Origin: Chrysomallon squamiferum
Lineage: Eukaryota > Animalia > Mollusca
NCBI GenBank assembly: GCA_012295275.1
Contig: CM022679.1
Coordinates: 22,506,001-22,570,000 of the forward strand
Length of the DNA stretch: 64,000 bases
Direction: 5' to 3'
Position 1 is the stretch's first letter; each line of letters opens with the position of its first letter. This document shows, one piece after another, positions 43,410 through 58,060 of the stretch. A program made the position numbers and the translations under genes. The notes beneath the pieces were generated by a model. The model worked only from the letters and a program-made list of their open reading frames with translations. It had not been told where the DNA came from and made no database searches.

Positions 43410-45011
43410 CTGAAAGTTCTTTTTCTTTTTTTTCTTTCTTTCTTTCTTTTTTTTTACGTTGGTTGTAGTAATTAAACTTTGTAGATTTGGTGTTTATTTC
43501 TTTAAAGTAAAGTAAATAGATAAACTAATAATATTTGTTCATTTAATCTGATTTTAATAGTATTTTTCATTTTGTTTGTTCATGGTGATCAAATACAAAA
43601 AAATAAAATAAAATAAAAATAAAAAGAAGTAAAAAGAAATAATAATCGTTATTAATATTTATAAAAATAAAGTAATAATGTTTCTTCCCTGTACCTTAAT
43701 CAGTTTGAAGATGTCAAGTGTAGATTGTCTATTTTCATGAGGTATTTATTGTAAATATACATCGTGGATATAATAACTGATATATATATATATATATATT
43801 TGTTGTTTTGTTTTTTTTCATTCAGCAATTGAATTAATACATCTCTAGACTTATTGGTCACTTGAATAGTTTCAACTTTTGTTTTAAATGGCAACAAAGA
43901 AAGGCAACAGTTATTTTAATTACATTTTGACAGCGGTTTCGTTCATAAATATATTTTAACAAAAAGAAAAAAAAAAAAAAAGGAATAAAAGAAAAATTAA
44001 AATTTATACCACCATATAATTTACACAACCCGTAACTGCGTCTCTCTACCATGACTGTGGTTAAGCTTCTGCACACGTTGAATAACACAAAAAATTATTT
44101 GTAGACTACGTATTTGTTTGTCTGTTAACAAAGAACTTCCTTTATAAGGTGAAAGGTGAATGGTTATTCTCTTTACACAGAGCCTATAACTAGCAGCTAT
44201 TGAAATCTCGTTGGTTTGAAAATCGAAAAAAAAAGCGGGAATTTTGTTAATCCGTTATTCTATTTAGGTTGAAATCTCAAAATACTAAATTCAAAACGTG
44301 GTGTGAAAAGGTATGTGTATTCACTGATTTCAGTGTTATAAATATTCATGGATCCAACAAACATATAGAGGTATATTGTGCTGCCAACGTTATCGGAAAT
44401 AAGCGGCTGTTTCGCGGAAATCTATTTATATCACTATATTTCTCAGAACTGTGAACAGCTCTCTACAACTCAACAAAAGTAACATGTCGTCGGGTACGGT
44501 AACTTAAATCTATTAACTGAATTATTTTATAAAATAATAAGAAAAAAATACACAATTCAAGTACGATAGTTCAGCTAATATTAGTTTTTATACGGAAAAT
44601 ACGTTACATATTTTCACAGATTAGGACACATTTGGAACGAGTGCGGTGTAATTTTTGTGGAAATAAGTAAATAAAAAAACAAGAAAAAACGCAAAGCTGC
44701 CACTACCAAGAAAAGGCATTATCTTTCCAAGAAAAACAAACCATAACAAAAAAAATTGTTAGGAAAAGAAGAGGCTGCTTAAACTGTTTTGGACAGGAAA
44801 TAGCAGAATGGTCTGTGACACAGATGGTAAGATATATTTTCTTATCTTTGCTCGTTCGACTATTTTTCTTTATTTTCTAATGTCCTATACTCTTCATGGT
44901 GGGAAATGAAGACTTGCTAATATAAAATATCACAGTGCGGAGATATCATCTCAGACAACGTTTTAAGATTATACGAAAGCCATGTTTAAATATTTTTAAT
45001 TCCATATTACC

Positions 45012-45072
<61 letters not shown>

Positions 45073-45299
45073 GGTATAGGTTTAGAGCATTTTACAGATC
45101 AACTGATAATAGATACGACTTTGTATCATATTTGCAAAACTAGGAACAATTATTTACAACTACAACTGCCACCACCACTACTACTACTACTACCACTACT
45201 ACTACTATTACTACTACTACTACTACTACTACTAATAATAATAATAATAACAATGATGATGATGATGATGATGATTATAATCAGTCAAATTTGTGTTTC

Positions 45300-47700
45300 C
45301 TGATATAAAGAATTAAGTCAACAGGCTGATAAATCAATATTTGATATACATTTCCGAAATAAGTAATAAAACAAGTTATAATAAAATAAGTTATTATGAA
45401 AATAAAAGTATAAATTGTTAAGTTAAACATGTAAAAAGGAAAAAAAAAAAAAATTTTAATTTATCTGCGTCTCATAAAAAAAAGAGAAAAAAAGTGCTAA
45501 GGGATTTCAATGGAAATAGTGTGGGTGTTGTACGCTTTATAAATATTACATAACTATAGTTATTTATAGCTGCTATTTTTATTGTTATTGTTGTTGTTGT
45601 TAGTGTTCCTGTTCGTATATCATATATTTGTGTGTGCGTCGGTGTTGTGTTCTTCTTTTCTCTATTTCATTTCTTTTTCTTTCTTTCTTTCTTATTTTGG
45701 GGGCTTTCTCTTTTTTCTTTATGCTTTCTTTCTTTTTTCTTTTCTTTTCTTTCTTTCTTTCTTTCTTCTTATTTTTAATTTTTAATTTTTTTTTTTTAAA
45801 TATTGCTGTTATTGTTCTGTAGGAATTTTTAATTTTTATTATTATTATTTTTTATTTTTTATTTTTATTTTTTTGTCCTTGCTGAATAAAACGAATTATT
45901 CGCAAAATCATGCACAGACATTTCATTCAAATAATTAATAAATGACCAACAAACATAACTAAGGTCATGAATTGAGACCATCAGTAAAACATAAACAACA
46001 AAATACATTTTTCCTAGAAATAGTAAGACTGAGAGTAGAAATTATTCGCAACATACTAAGGATATCTATTCTACATATTAAACACGTAAATAATTCAGTA
46101 AAAAAATTATGTTAATAAACTACTCTGTGTGCAGATAAATCCATAACCACATTATTTGCAGCATAATTCGGTTAAATCACCAAGGTGAAGCCAGCTACTT
46201 TGATGACGTCATACTCATCCAATGAAATGTTAGCGAGTGTCACTAAATTTATCTGCCAGTCGCAGATACAGATTATAAATATAACCGTTTATAAGAAAAC
46301 TGTTACCAGCGCCCGAATCAGAACACCCGTCAAAACAGGAAGAAGGAAATAAAAATGAAAATACCAAGACAAAAAGAATAAAAACAAAAACAAACGCGGA
46401 TTCGTTAAAATAATAGTATTGTTTTATTACTGTTTATGATTTTAAAAACTTAATCAGAAATGATAAATGAACATAATTCCTTGTGTATTAATTAAGAAGA
46501 ACGGAGAAAGTGGATTGTATGGAATTTCGATTTGCATTTCTTACGTAAACACTGGGCAAAGTGGAAAAAAATTAAAATATTTATATGAACTAACTGGAAG
46601 AAAAATAGTAAAAGAAAAAGATTGTGAGTGGTAAAAATAAATAAATCAATCAATAAATAAAACATTATTGTATTAAATAACTAATTTGACCTAGAGGTGC
46701 AGTCATCAGTTTGAAGTCGCTTGTAATAATGATGTAATGATAATACAAAATAATATAATGAAATATATGAAAACTAAAACATATGAGGACAATTGTGAAT
46801 GATCTGAAGATAAAAGAAAGCTAAATGTATGCAAAATGTTTAGATTAAATAAATGTGGCCTAAATCTACAAGGTAAAACAACTGAAGGATTGCCTACCTG
46901 TCCGAGATGTCATCTTGAATGAGCGATACTAACCTCTGCGTCATCAAAGTCAGATTATGGTTTTCCCCAGCTATAAAAAGATTTACTACTTATTGGAGAA
47001 ATGGGAGAGACACGCCCGCCAACCTGTCAAAAAGCGTGTCTGTCGTAGACGTGCTTCACAACAGCTTGCACTGATTATCACATTAATTTTTTTTTTCACA
47101 CTCATTCACAGTGAAAATTAACATGATAGAGTGGATCAGCTTACTAGATAAAGCCGTAACAATAATTATAAAATGTCAACAACAAAAAATAAATAAATAA
47201 ATAAATAAATAAAAATAGTTAATTAAATAATAATAATAATAATAATAATAATACAGCAGGGAATTGTAGAATTTACGTTTGCTATGGAGTGTGTTTTTAA
47301 AGGCTTATACGGTTTGTTTTGAGGCATCGATTTATGTATTGATTTATTTCTATTAATTTATTTTCTTATTATTTATTTACAAATTTATTTCTAACCATTA
47401 CATTTTATTTATTTACGTTTGTTTATTTTATATATAGATTAATACATATATTTATTTATTTTTTTGATTATTTCATTGGTTTGAAATATTTTTGTTATTT
47501 ATTTTCCTAATTATTTTAAAATTAATTTATTATTATTAATTATATTATTAATATTTTGTTCATTTTATTTATTTATTATTATCATCATTTAAAACAAAAA
47601 ATAAATAAATAAAATAATAATGATAAAGCTGGGAATTGTACAATGCTGATGCTGTCTACATTTAAAAATTTTATACGGGTTGTTCCAAACATCGCTTTAT
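45300..47700 (+). repeat. AT-rich block with a diverged direct duplicate at ~59300-62500; partly related to 48151-49700
   Basis: Shared strings gctgataaatcaatatttgat, caccaaggtgaagc, acagattataaatataaccgt, cgtcaaaacaggaaga, gtcagattatggt. Within the second copy 60320-61130 is tandemly duplicated (~810 bp). Confidence 0.85.
46898..46913 (-). CDS. Candidate 16-nt start exon (MTSRT + phase-1 donor) upstream of gene B
   Basis: ttcaag ATG ACA TCT CGG ACA G|gtaggc. An identical 16-mer with a different GT donor lies at 58941-58956. Phase is compatible with gene B exon 43409. Confidence 0.45.
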
Positions 47701-48150
47701 TTATTTATTTCTGTTAATGTACATTCTTATTACTGTTTTTGTTGTTGCTGTTGTTGTTGTGTTGCTGTTGTTGTATGATATATATCTGCACATGCATGGG
47801 ATTTGTTTCGTAAATTGTTCTTGCTTTTCTTTTCTTCTACTTTCTTTTTCCGTCATTTGTTTTTGTTGTTGTTGTTGTTTGGTGGTGTTGTTGTAATTTT
47901 TCACGGATCTTATTGTTTTGTTTTTTTTTCTTTTCTAAATAAAAAGATTTATTCGCAAATTAAGCATTAAAAAGTTCCATTATATTTGTCCAAATAATCA
48001 GTCCGTAAACAGTTAACATAATTATTATTTTGTATTATCCTAAACTGAAAACATCAAGAAAAGAGAAATAATAAAACAATTTTTTCCTAGAAATGTTAAA
48101 ATTATTCTCTACGTATTGTTTACTAAGGATATCTCGACTATATATTAAAT

Positions 48151-48993
48151 ACAGAAACATTTCAGTAAAAAGATTTATGTTAATATGCTCCTTTTTGTCT
48201 AGCTAAATTTAAAACCATTTCGTCTCAAAAATTTAATTCGGTTGAATGAGCAAGGTAAAGCAATAAAAGAGGGACTGACATAGAGGTGTCTCTTTTTATT
48301 TTGATCAGTGTTCGAATCTCAACAGCCATCTCACAGGAAGAGGGAAATAAAAATAAAAATACGAAGACCCAAAAAAAAAAATAAAAAAAAATAAATACTA
48401 TTTATTATTTTAAAAACTGAATCAGAAATGATAAATGAACATCATTTCTTATTTAGTAATTACGGGCTAAAGTGAAAAAAATACATTACAGTTTCAATAT
48501 TAATAGGAAATAAAAATAATAAATGAAAGAAAATAAATAAATAAATAACAACAACATGAAATCAATAAATAAAAGACTGGATTAAAATAACTAATTTGAT
48601 CTTGAGATGCACTCAGTCATTTTCAAGTCGCTTATAATAATGATATAATGATAAAGCAAAAGAATATGCCGAAAGATATGAAAATATGACATTGACAAGA
48701 CAATTACGAATGATTTGAAGAATATTAAATGCTGGCAAAATTAAATAAATGTCGGCTACATCAGCAAGATAAAACCTCCGAAGGAAAGGTAACGCAGTAA
48801 AGCAGTAATTAATATTATTTAATTTGAAAGGAAAATAAATAAATAAAGAAATAAATAATAAAGCAGGTAAGGATAACGGCATTTAAATGTTTATACGGGT
48901 TGTTTTAAGGCATCAGTTTATTTATTTATTTATAATTTCATTATGTTATTTGTTTTAATTGTTTTATTTATTTTCATTATCATTTTTATATTT

Positions 48994-49030
<37 letters not shown>

Positions 49031-49721
49031 TTATTATTGTTGTTGTTGATGTTGCTGTTGTTGCTGTTGTTGTTTAATATTTATTTATTCATTCGTTTAT
49101 CATCGTCCTCATCATAATTTCACAGCAAAATCAAAGTTACTTTTTGCTATTCTGGTCTAAAACGAAGTATTCTGATCAGCACAATGAAAGTTCCAATTTT
49201 GGCACATTCTGACATTGTTGTCTCGGAATTCTAACTGGGCAGCAATAAAGCAGGGAACTGAAGCATCTACTGATGCTGGAGATGTGTGAATTAAATAGTT
49301 TTCGTCGATTGTTTTATGGAAAATATTAATGCATTAATTGCAACAAAAAGACCGCAAGGTTATTTAAATCATGGAGATAAATGAAGTAAATATTATTTTC
49401 TCCGAATTTCTGTTGCTCTTCTTCTTCTCAGTAAATTTCCATAGAAGAGTTAGATGAAAGGAATTGACTCCTCCTCCATACATGATTGACATCTAGTACT
49501 GACCAATGACTAACGAGCATCGCACATCATCTTTTAGTCACGACATGAAGCGTTTCTATTTCCCAGACCATCGAGGTCACATTATGGGTTTTCCCCCACT
49601 ATTAATATCTGATTCTAGTATTAAACGTCCTGCTGCTTTGCAAGTTAGTGAAAATTAATATCATTGACTGGAACGACTTTCTGACATAAATCCTTAAAAG
49701 TATTAACTAATTAATTAATTA

Positions 49722-49809
<88 letters not shown>

Positions 49810-50018
49810 GGATCTTCGCATTTAATAGTTTGCATCGATTAGTTTATAGCATAAGTTATTTGTTTATTTATTTACATATTTATTTTTTATTTCCTTCCTT
49901 CCAATGTTTTTTATTAGATTTAATTATTATTTAATTTTTTTTTTTTATTGTTATTATAAGTTTTATTCTCATTTATTTAGTTACTTATCTGCATGATTAT
50001 TATTGTCGTTGTTGTTAA

Positions 50019-50062
<44 letters not shown>

Positions 50063-50967
50063 TACTTTACGACAAAGTCAAAGTTAAATACAAAATCAGG
50101 TTCTTTTCTATTTGTTATTATTCTTGTCTAAATCGTAGATTATACACGACTACATGAACTGTGGTGGCCAAATCTCTGTAGAATAAATAATGTGAACATT
50201 CCAATGTGAGCCTTTTCAAATATTATAATTGTGTATCGCATCAGTACTCAGTCTTTGTTTCTTTCTTATTAGCTGGTTGAGAATTTCTGAATCATTCTGA
50301 GACACGGTAATTTGTTTTCTCTGGAAATGCATGCCTTCACAAGTGGTTCTTCAGCATCGTCATCATGATCATCTGATCCAGTTTTTATTGGCAAACATTC
50401 TTTCATATTTCTTTATATTTGTTTTAGTCGAAGTTGAGAGATACCATCCATCATTTCAATTTTTCAGGAGCAGGTTTCAAAATCACATTTCATAACTCAG
50501 TCCTTATTCTTTGCTGAATGCATATGAATAAATAAATAAATAAATAAATAAATAAACAAACAAACACACAAACAAAAAAATAAAAAAATAGCTTGTAAAT
50601 ATAAATATTTCTATTAGGACATTTATTCAAGTCGCTGTAAGTACATTTTAAGTGAAATGTAGTATAATAAAAAAGAAGCATTTTCTCAACTGAAGAGTGA
50701 AAAATGAAACACGAAGGTTAGAAATAGCATCATTATCTATTACTATAATATTCGCCAGCTAGGAATTAACAGCACCATCACCAGCATCAGTACTATTACT
50801 ACTGCTACTGTTACTAATTCTACTCCTACATTATTAATTTATTATTATTACTGTTATTTTCAGCACATCATCGCTGTACGATAAAAATCAAAATATAAAA
50901 TTAGCATTTTCTCCACTTGTTGTTCTTCTTCACTAAATAGTGGATGATATACGAGTACATTAAATGT
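48151..50967 (-). repeat. Inverted duplicate of 25755-28522 (3' flank of the RPA-like gene)
   Basis: Reverse-complement near-identity; abuts the minus-strand RPA-like fragments. Confidence 0.95.
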
Positions 50968-50989
50968 TTATTTTTAATTGTTGGAATTG

Positions 50990-51319
50990 ATTCATATGAT
51001 TTTCAAGCTTTATACCTTCATTGAGATTTCAAATAACATTTGTTTCATCATTTATAATCATTTCTAATTGATTTGAATCCCTGGATTGGTGGTTTTCTGG
51101 AACAGGTTTGACAATTACATGTTGTAAAGTATAACTCCGTCCAAGTTTCAAAGATCTGGCGATACGCCTGGCACGGACACTGTGAGCCGTTGCGTCCATA
51201 TCACCATAATTTCTGTGCTTAAGTTTAATTAGTGTGTATGGTTCTCCGTCTGCGCTCTCTCTTTCTCTCTTGCGAACAATTCTGATGTAGACAGGTTTCG
51301 TCAGTTCCCTCCCCAAAAT
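50990..51319 (-). pseudogene. RPA-like fragment (first OB fold), frameshifted and 3'-truncated
   Basis: PYTLIKLKHRNYGDMDATAHS..SYTLQHVIVKPVPE is homologous to the 24461 ORF. Retains the TTTCAG acceptor; +1 nt shortly after it. Confidence 0.88.
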
Positions 51320-51384
51320 CTGAAAAAACAAAACAAACTATTATTATTTTTACAACTCCGGTTTCACATATCAGTGTAAATAAC

Positions 51385-52012
51385 CTTCGCGGAACTTATT
51401 TTAGTTTCATTCAAAGTTTTCAGATTTATTTCACCCTTGAATCTGTTCACTGCTGCATTTTGTATGCCTAACACCTGTCCAACATCAAATTTGTCTACAT
51501 TATCACAGAATAGTGCAATGCGCACTTTTATCAACAAGGTCAAGATACTGAATACTTAATCCTCTTTTAGGTGTCCGGGAAATATCAGAGACTTTTGTTA
51601 TGTATGCCCTAAGATTTACTTCTGATTCTGACGATTTTTTTTTAATTCTTGCAATTGATTCATACGGCATATTTTCAATCTTTACATCTTCCTTGTCATT
51701 ACCAATTATTTCGGATTCATCCTCCATAACTATTTCTAATTTATTTGAATTCCTGTGTTTGTAGTTTTTGGGAACAGGTTTAACAGTTACATGTTGTAAA
51801 GTATAATTCCGTCCTAGTTTCAAATTTTTCGCGTTGTGCATGGATCGAGGACTGTGAGCTGTTGCATCTATAAGACCATACTTTATGTATTGAAGTTTAA
51901 TCAATCTGTATCGTTTTCCACGTTTGCTGATGAGTTCTTTGTTGGACACAATTCTACCATAAAATATTTTGTCTTTTCCCTTCTTAAAATTTGAAACAAA
52001 CAAGAATATCAC
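51385..52012 (-). pseudogene. RPA-like fragment (OB folds 1-2), 11-nt deletion near 51520, no zinc-finger domain
   Basis: VNLRAYITKVSD..YLDLVDKS, then after a frameshift RIALFCDNVDKFDVGQVLGIQNAAVNRFKGEINL. The acceptor position reads TTTCAA instead of TTTCAG. Confidence 0.9.
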
Positions 52013-52546
52013 TGGTGTTCAGCTGACATTACCAATAACTACTGCTGCTACAGCTACATATATTACTACTTTTATTCCCACCACAACTACTACTGCAACT
52101 ACGATTATTAGTCACGATAGCAGTAGAAGTACCTCTGTTAGAAAAATAATAACAAAAATCATAGAGTGACTTTAATGAATTAACTCCAAAGAAGCATCAT
52201 TATTATTATATATTTGATTTACTTGTAAAAATTATAATCAAATGTAGACATATATTTGAAAAGACACACACACACAAACACACACACAAAAAAAACCCCA
52301 CACATATATATATATAGATAGACAGATATATAGAGACAACACATAGATAGGTATAGATATATACAGACAACACATAGATAGGTATACACACATACTTACA
52401 CACAGAAGGGAATTGCTAACGTGATTCCTTGACCTTAATTAATTAACTCCACAGAAGCTTTATTATTTTTTTTATATTTGATTTTCTTGTAAAAATTATG
52501 ATCAAATGTCCAGCCGAACTAACTGGTAGTCCGATTATTACAAATA

Positions 52547-53225
52547 CAGTGGTACCTTGTCATACGAGTTAAATTCCTTCCATGACCGAGCTCGTATATT
52601 AAATCAATTTACCCACATGAAATTAATTGAAATACCATTAATCCATTCCATCTCCCCCAAAACACCCCAGTTTTTTGTAACGTGTTTTTAAATAAGAAAA
52701 ATATATGTATAAATGACAAATAAATAAAAGAGAATGTAAAGAAATAAACTGGTTAGGGTTTCTCCACCTTTTCATGGACAGAGGTTCGCAGTTAAGAAAT
52801 TATTTTAAAGCCTTTGGCTGGAGTTATAGCCTTTATCGACTCGCTCAGCTTCAGTATGGTACATATCGTAAAAGCACTATGCTCGTATTGTCTAGCCATG
52901 TTGACTATACGCACACCTCGCTTATGTTTTTCTGTGATTTCACGCTTTACTTCAATGTAACCATCCGCTTCTTCTTCTTGGCACTGTCGTTTGCACTCAC
53001 TTTCTTAGGATCCATGGAAATTTGGCAAACTACTGCACAAAACGCGAACACAAAACAACAGAGATGCTTCCACGGCGAGATACCCGCGTGAAGCAACGGG
53101 TGAGACGCGGGATGCTGGGCGGATGTTGTGTTGTTCGTTGCGCCAATTATTGGCGGCCTATCTGAAGCTTGCTCGCAACTCGGAAAATTCGTAAGTTGGA
53201 GCACTCGTAACTCGCGGTACCACTG
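52547..53225 (-). mobile_element. Internally deleted Tigger/pogo-like element with terminal inverted repeats
   Basis: Left TA|CAGTGGTACCTTGTCATACGAG, right CTCGTAACTCGCGGTACCACTG. Minus strand reads MDPKKVSANDSAKKKKRMV / EVKREITEKHKRGVRIVNMARQYE.. (transposase N-terminus, frameshifted). Confidence 0.88.
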
Positions 53226-53645
53226 AGTTAATATATTAGTCATGGCCGTCGTGTTATCGTATCCTATTATTCCAAATCAATATTAAAAAAAAGAAAAAAG
53301 AAAGAAAAACTTATACATCTGTATTTACAATTTCAGACGCCTTGTGCAAAATATTTTCAAAACAAAATCTTTTGAAAATCAGTTTTAAAAAGGACAATCA
53401 AAGATAGCTATGAAATGTACAAGTAGTTAGTGAATACTATCGTGACCTTGACACAGTAAAAAATGTAATTTTAAAACGCAATTAATAGTTTCATCACTTT
53501 AATCGATGTTAAAATCATCGACAGATCTTTTTCATCACTCGGAGAATGAAAGTAAAGAAATGTGCGTTTTTAACTTTCTAAAACAAGTCGGTTCCATCAT
53601 TTGCAATTTAACCGCATGAAAACAGAATCTAGTTGAATATCTTAC

Positions 53646-53661
53646 ATTTCCCTGTCGCCAT
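53646..53661 (-). CDS. Candidate 16-nt start exon (MATGK + phase-1 donor), possibly of the adjacent RPA-like copy
   Basis: aaat ATG GCG ACA GGG AAA T|gtaaga in a GC-richer patch with CACGTG just upstream; phase matches the phase-1 acceptor position of the RPA-like exons. Confidence 0.35.
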
Positions 53662-53924
53662 ATTTGTTTGTACACGCAGGGATCACGTGAACAGAGGTGT
53701 TTTGTGACAGGGGACGAGATAAGATATACATAGCACACCGAGAACTGAAACTGAAATTATTTTAAATATGTCAGTCTGCATATCAAATATGCTTTGCATT
53801 TAAATTCTTATTATTATTAATATTACTTGCTGGATTTAATTAACCAGCATGATAATTATGTTTAGGAAGTTATATTGAATAAACAGGACTGATAAATTTT
53901 ACAGAATTTCACAGCCTGCTCGAC

Positions 53925-53960
<36 letters not shown>

Positions 53961-54931
53961 AAACCCTTCTGCATGTTATAAAATCTTTAAAGTTAAAGTA
54001 CACAGTAATTTTACATCATCATACACAGCAGAAGCAAATAAATATTTATTAGTAACAAAGTTTCTAAATATTATTACCTACACCGAACATATGCAAACAA
54101 ATATTATAAATAAATAAATTAATTAATTAATTAATTAAAAGATTTTACAAAGCAATAAATAAACAATAAGTAACTAAATAAATAAATAACCACAAAAACG
54201 AATAATAATGAATACATTTTTAAAATAATGAAACAAGTAAATTAATAAAAACAAATAAAATAAGAAATAAATATATTAATTAATAATGGAAAGAATATAA
54301 GTAAATAAACAAATATATATATATATACGAATCAGTTAATAATAAAATAAAAAATAATAAAAAATAATAAACCAGCTAAATAAATAAATAAATAAATAAA
54401 CAAATAAATAAATAAATAGACAAATAAATAAATAAAACTAAATAAATTAGCTGCCTCCTTATCATGAACGCTGTTAAAAAGGAATCTAGCAAAGACTAGT
54501 AATAATAATAATAACCATTTATTTGCAATAGCAGTATTATTGCCGATATCAATGCTGCTGCTGCTGCTACTACTACTACTACTACTATTATAACTACTAT
54601 GTATCCCACCACCACTACTACTACAACTATTAGTCCTGACAGTAGTAGACGTACTTCTGTTACACTTTCACTACCAGTTATCAAAAGCGATAGCGGCGGT
54701 ATTAGTAGAAACCTGATTTGCTTTGTTATTTACATGTCACAATAATTTAATATACTCAACTGACAGTGTTCTGTTTATTTTGTTTTATTTCCAAAGTTCT
54801 TTATTAAACTATCCTAAAGTAATCCTTGATTAATTATATAATTAAGTAATGTACAATTGTTAGAATATTAACTCCAGAATATTAACTTAACATTAACTAA
54901 TGTCTGCAATAAGACATTCAAAACCTCTTAC

Positions 54932-55092
54932 CAAAGTCTTCAACTTTAGTGGCTTCGATAGTCTTTATCAGGTCCTGGTAATGCTTTAGTTTTAGGGATT
55001 TGATGAAAACATCACACATTGAGACAAAAGGTAGACGTTGAATCGCATTCTCTAAAATCTGGGACAAGGAAGAATAAAAATCAAGAATGATC

Positions 55093-55188
<96 letters not shown>

Positions 55189-56535
55189 TATAAAACAGTT
55201 GTTTTTCTTCTTAGATTTCCTTACTTATTCTTATTATCTTCGTTTCTTTCCAATTAATCTATCTATCTATCTATTTGTATCGATCTTCTGTCTATTTATT
55301 TATTTAATTATTTATTTATTTATTTTACTTTGTTACTATTATTATTGATCGGGAATAAAAAAAAATGTAAGCTATTGCATTGTGCTAATATATTATGTGA
55401 GATGATACTACTACTCTATCATACTACAATTTATTACAAGATTTATAGTTCCCAGCATCCTTTTTAAGCTGAGAATAGCAAACTTGGAAGTGTAGAAAAA
55501 TACTTGAAAGGGCAAAGAGGAGAATATTTATCTTTCTATATGTCTCAAAACATTCTGCTATCGCTGATCATAGATATTATAGACAGAAATTCAAGAAAGA
55601 GAAAATCTGGAAAAACACTTACGATATCCAACAGTGTTTCAGCAGCTTTTCTTCGTACTTTAATACTTTGTATAAGTACTTTTTCTTCAAACGTTATTGC
55701 TTTTTCTTGGAACATGAAAGGTATTAGCAAATGTACTTCTATGGTGTCATGAATCTTCACATAATTCGACTGTATGATTCGTTTCAAAATCATTTCTTCT
55801 TTTCGCTTTTGATTCACTACAAATAACAACAACAACAAAAACACAACAACAATAATAACAACAATAATAATAATAATAATAATAATAGTTGTAGTAGTAT
55901 TAGTAGTAGTAGTAGTAAAATAGACAGAATCGAAAGTCTGTATCATAGAAGTTTTAGTCTTTGTTTTCGCTATTACCTTTCCATACTGCCAGGTTATCAG
56001 TTAGTGTCAGCTGTGTACAGGGCTGAGAAAAATAATGATATAAATAGTTTTCCGCGAAACATTCACCTGTGTCCTATAACGTAGGCGAAGCATTATAACT
56101 CTATACTTCTGTTATATACGTGGATATTTGTAAGACTGAAACAGTGAATATTTATACATGTTCAAATCTCGTTTTTGGAAAAACTCAAAATGCAGAGGAT
56201 GGAAAACTTGAAATCCCCAAATCATGTGATTTAGAGACCGAGAGGAATTATACCCAAAACAGGATTAAGTTTTAGGAGTAATGATTTCTACATTAAAAAA
56301 TTTAAAGAGTTAATATTTTGTGTTTTCAACCTAAATAGAACTAGGGAATAACCGACAACATATTAATAACTCCCAAGTGATAAACTCAGCTTAATTATCG
56401 AGACTAACTGGCCCGCATCTCGTCCCCGTCTCCCACATTAATATTAATAATCATGAGTAAAAATAAAATAAAATAATTCAAATTGTATAAGCATTATAGT
56501 AATATACATATATATTAATATATATACATACATAT

Positions 56536-56581
<46 letters not shown>

Positions 56582-58003
56582 GAGTATTCAACATGAGTAT
56601 TCAAACGAAAATACCGAAAACAATATATATATAAGTACATACTTATACGTAAGTGAATGACTAAATACAAAGAACGAATATATACAAATCTTTAAAAACA
56701 TTTAGCATTAATAGTTATTATTCATTAATTTTCTTAAATAATGATAATTGCAGAGAGGAAACCCATAGCCATGACACCTCGACTACTTTTAATTCTTAGC
56801 AGCAAAACTGTTTTAATAAAAACCTGCCCATAGACACGAAGTAATATAAAACATTTTTTTATTATTATTATTTTTTTTTAACCCAAGCAATGAAACTTGG
56901 ATTTCAAATCTAGAATTATAAAATTAAATTTAATAAATAGAATTTTACATGCTAAAGCAGATTGTTTAATATTTATAATAAGATTTCTGAAATTATTAAC
57001 TTACAGTCATTTTTGACAACAGTTTTGTTCACTGTGCACTGTTGTTTGTAGCCTTTACAATCAATCAGGGATGTTTTTCTTTTTGTTGAAACATGACATC
57101 CATCTGAAATATATGTATATAAATGCAATGAAATAAAACTATTTTTTAACCAAAAATCATAGTGACCTTAATTAATTGACTCCAAAGAAGCATTATTATT
57201 ATTATATATTTGAGTTGCTTGAAAAAATTATAATCAAATGTAGACATACACAGATACACACATGCGCGCGCACAAACACACACACAGAGACAAAGACACA
57301 CACACACACACAAATACATAGATAGATAGATAGATGGATAGATAGATAGATAGACAGATAGATAGATAGATACAGACAACACATAGATAGGTATACACAC
57401 ATACTTACACAGAGAAGGGAATTGCAATGAAATAAAATATTTTTGAACGAGAAATCCAGTAAAATCTTAGACTGAAAGAGAGACAGCCTTGCTAACGCGA
57501 TTCCTTGACCTTAATTAATTAACTCCACAGAAGCTTCATTATTATTATATATTTTATTTCCTTGTAAAAATTATAATCAAATGTCCAGCCGAACTAACTG
57601 GAAGTCCGATTATTACAAATACAGTGGTACCTTGACATCTGAGTTTAATTTGTTCCGTGTCTGAGCTCGTAACTCAATTTGCTCGTATATTACCGACATG
57701 AAATTAACTGAAATACCATTAATCCATTCCAGTCCCCCATTTCTTGTAACGCGTTTTTAAATAAGAAAAATGTATTTTTAAATGACAAATATTGTATAAA
57801 AAAAAACAAAATAAAAGTGTATTTATCTTCGAGAGATGACATATTATTTTAACGCCTTTGGATGGAGTTACAGCCTTTATCGACTCCTTCTGTTTCAGTA
57901 TGGTACTATGCTCGTACTACCTAGTCAAATCGACTAAAAAAAAAGAAAATTATACTATTTCTACTACTACTACTACCACTAGAAATAATAACAATAATAA
58001 TAC

Positions 58004-58060
<57 letters not shown>

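Noticed and set aside
55504-55946. Track ORF 55545-55946 as a single-exon or frameshifted CARD pseudogene
   Set aside because: Its N-terminus is microsatellite. The GTAAGT donor at 55617-55622 and the phase-matched exon 54932-55058 give an intact domain without invoking a frameshift.
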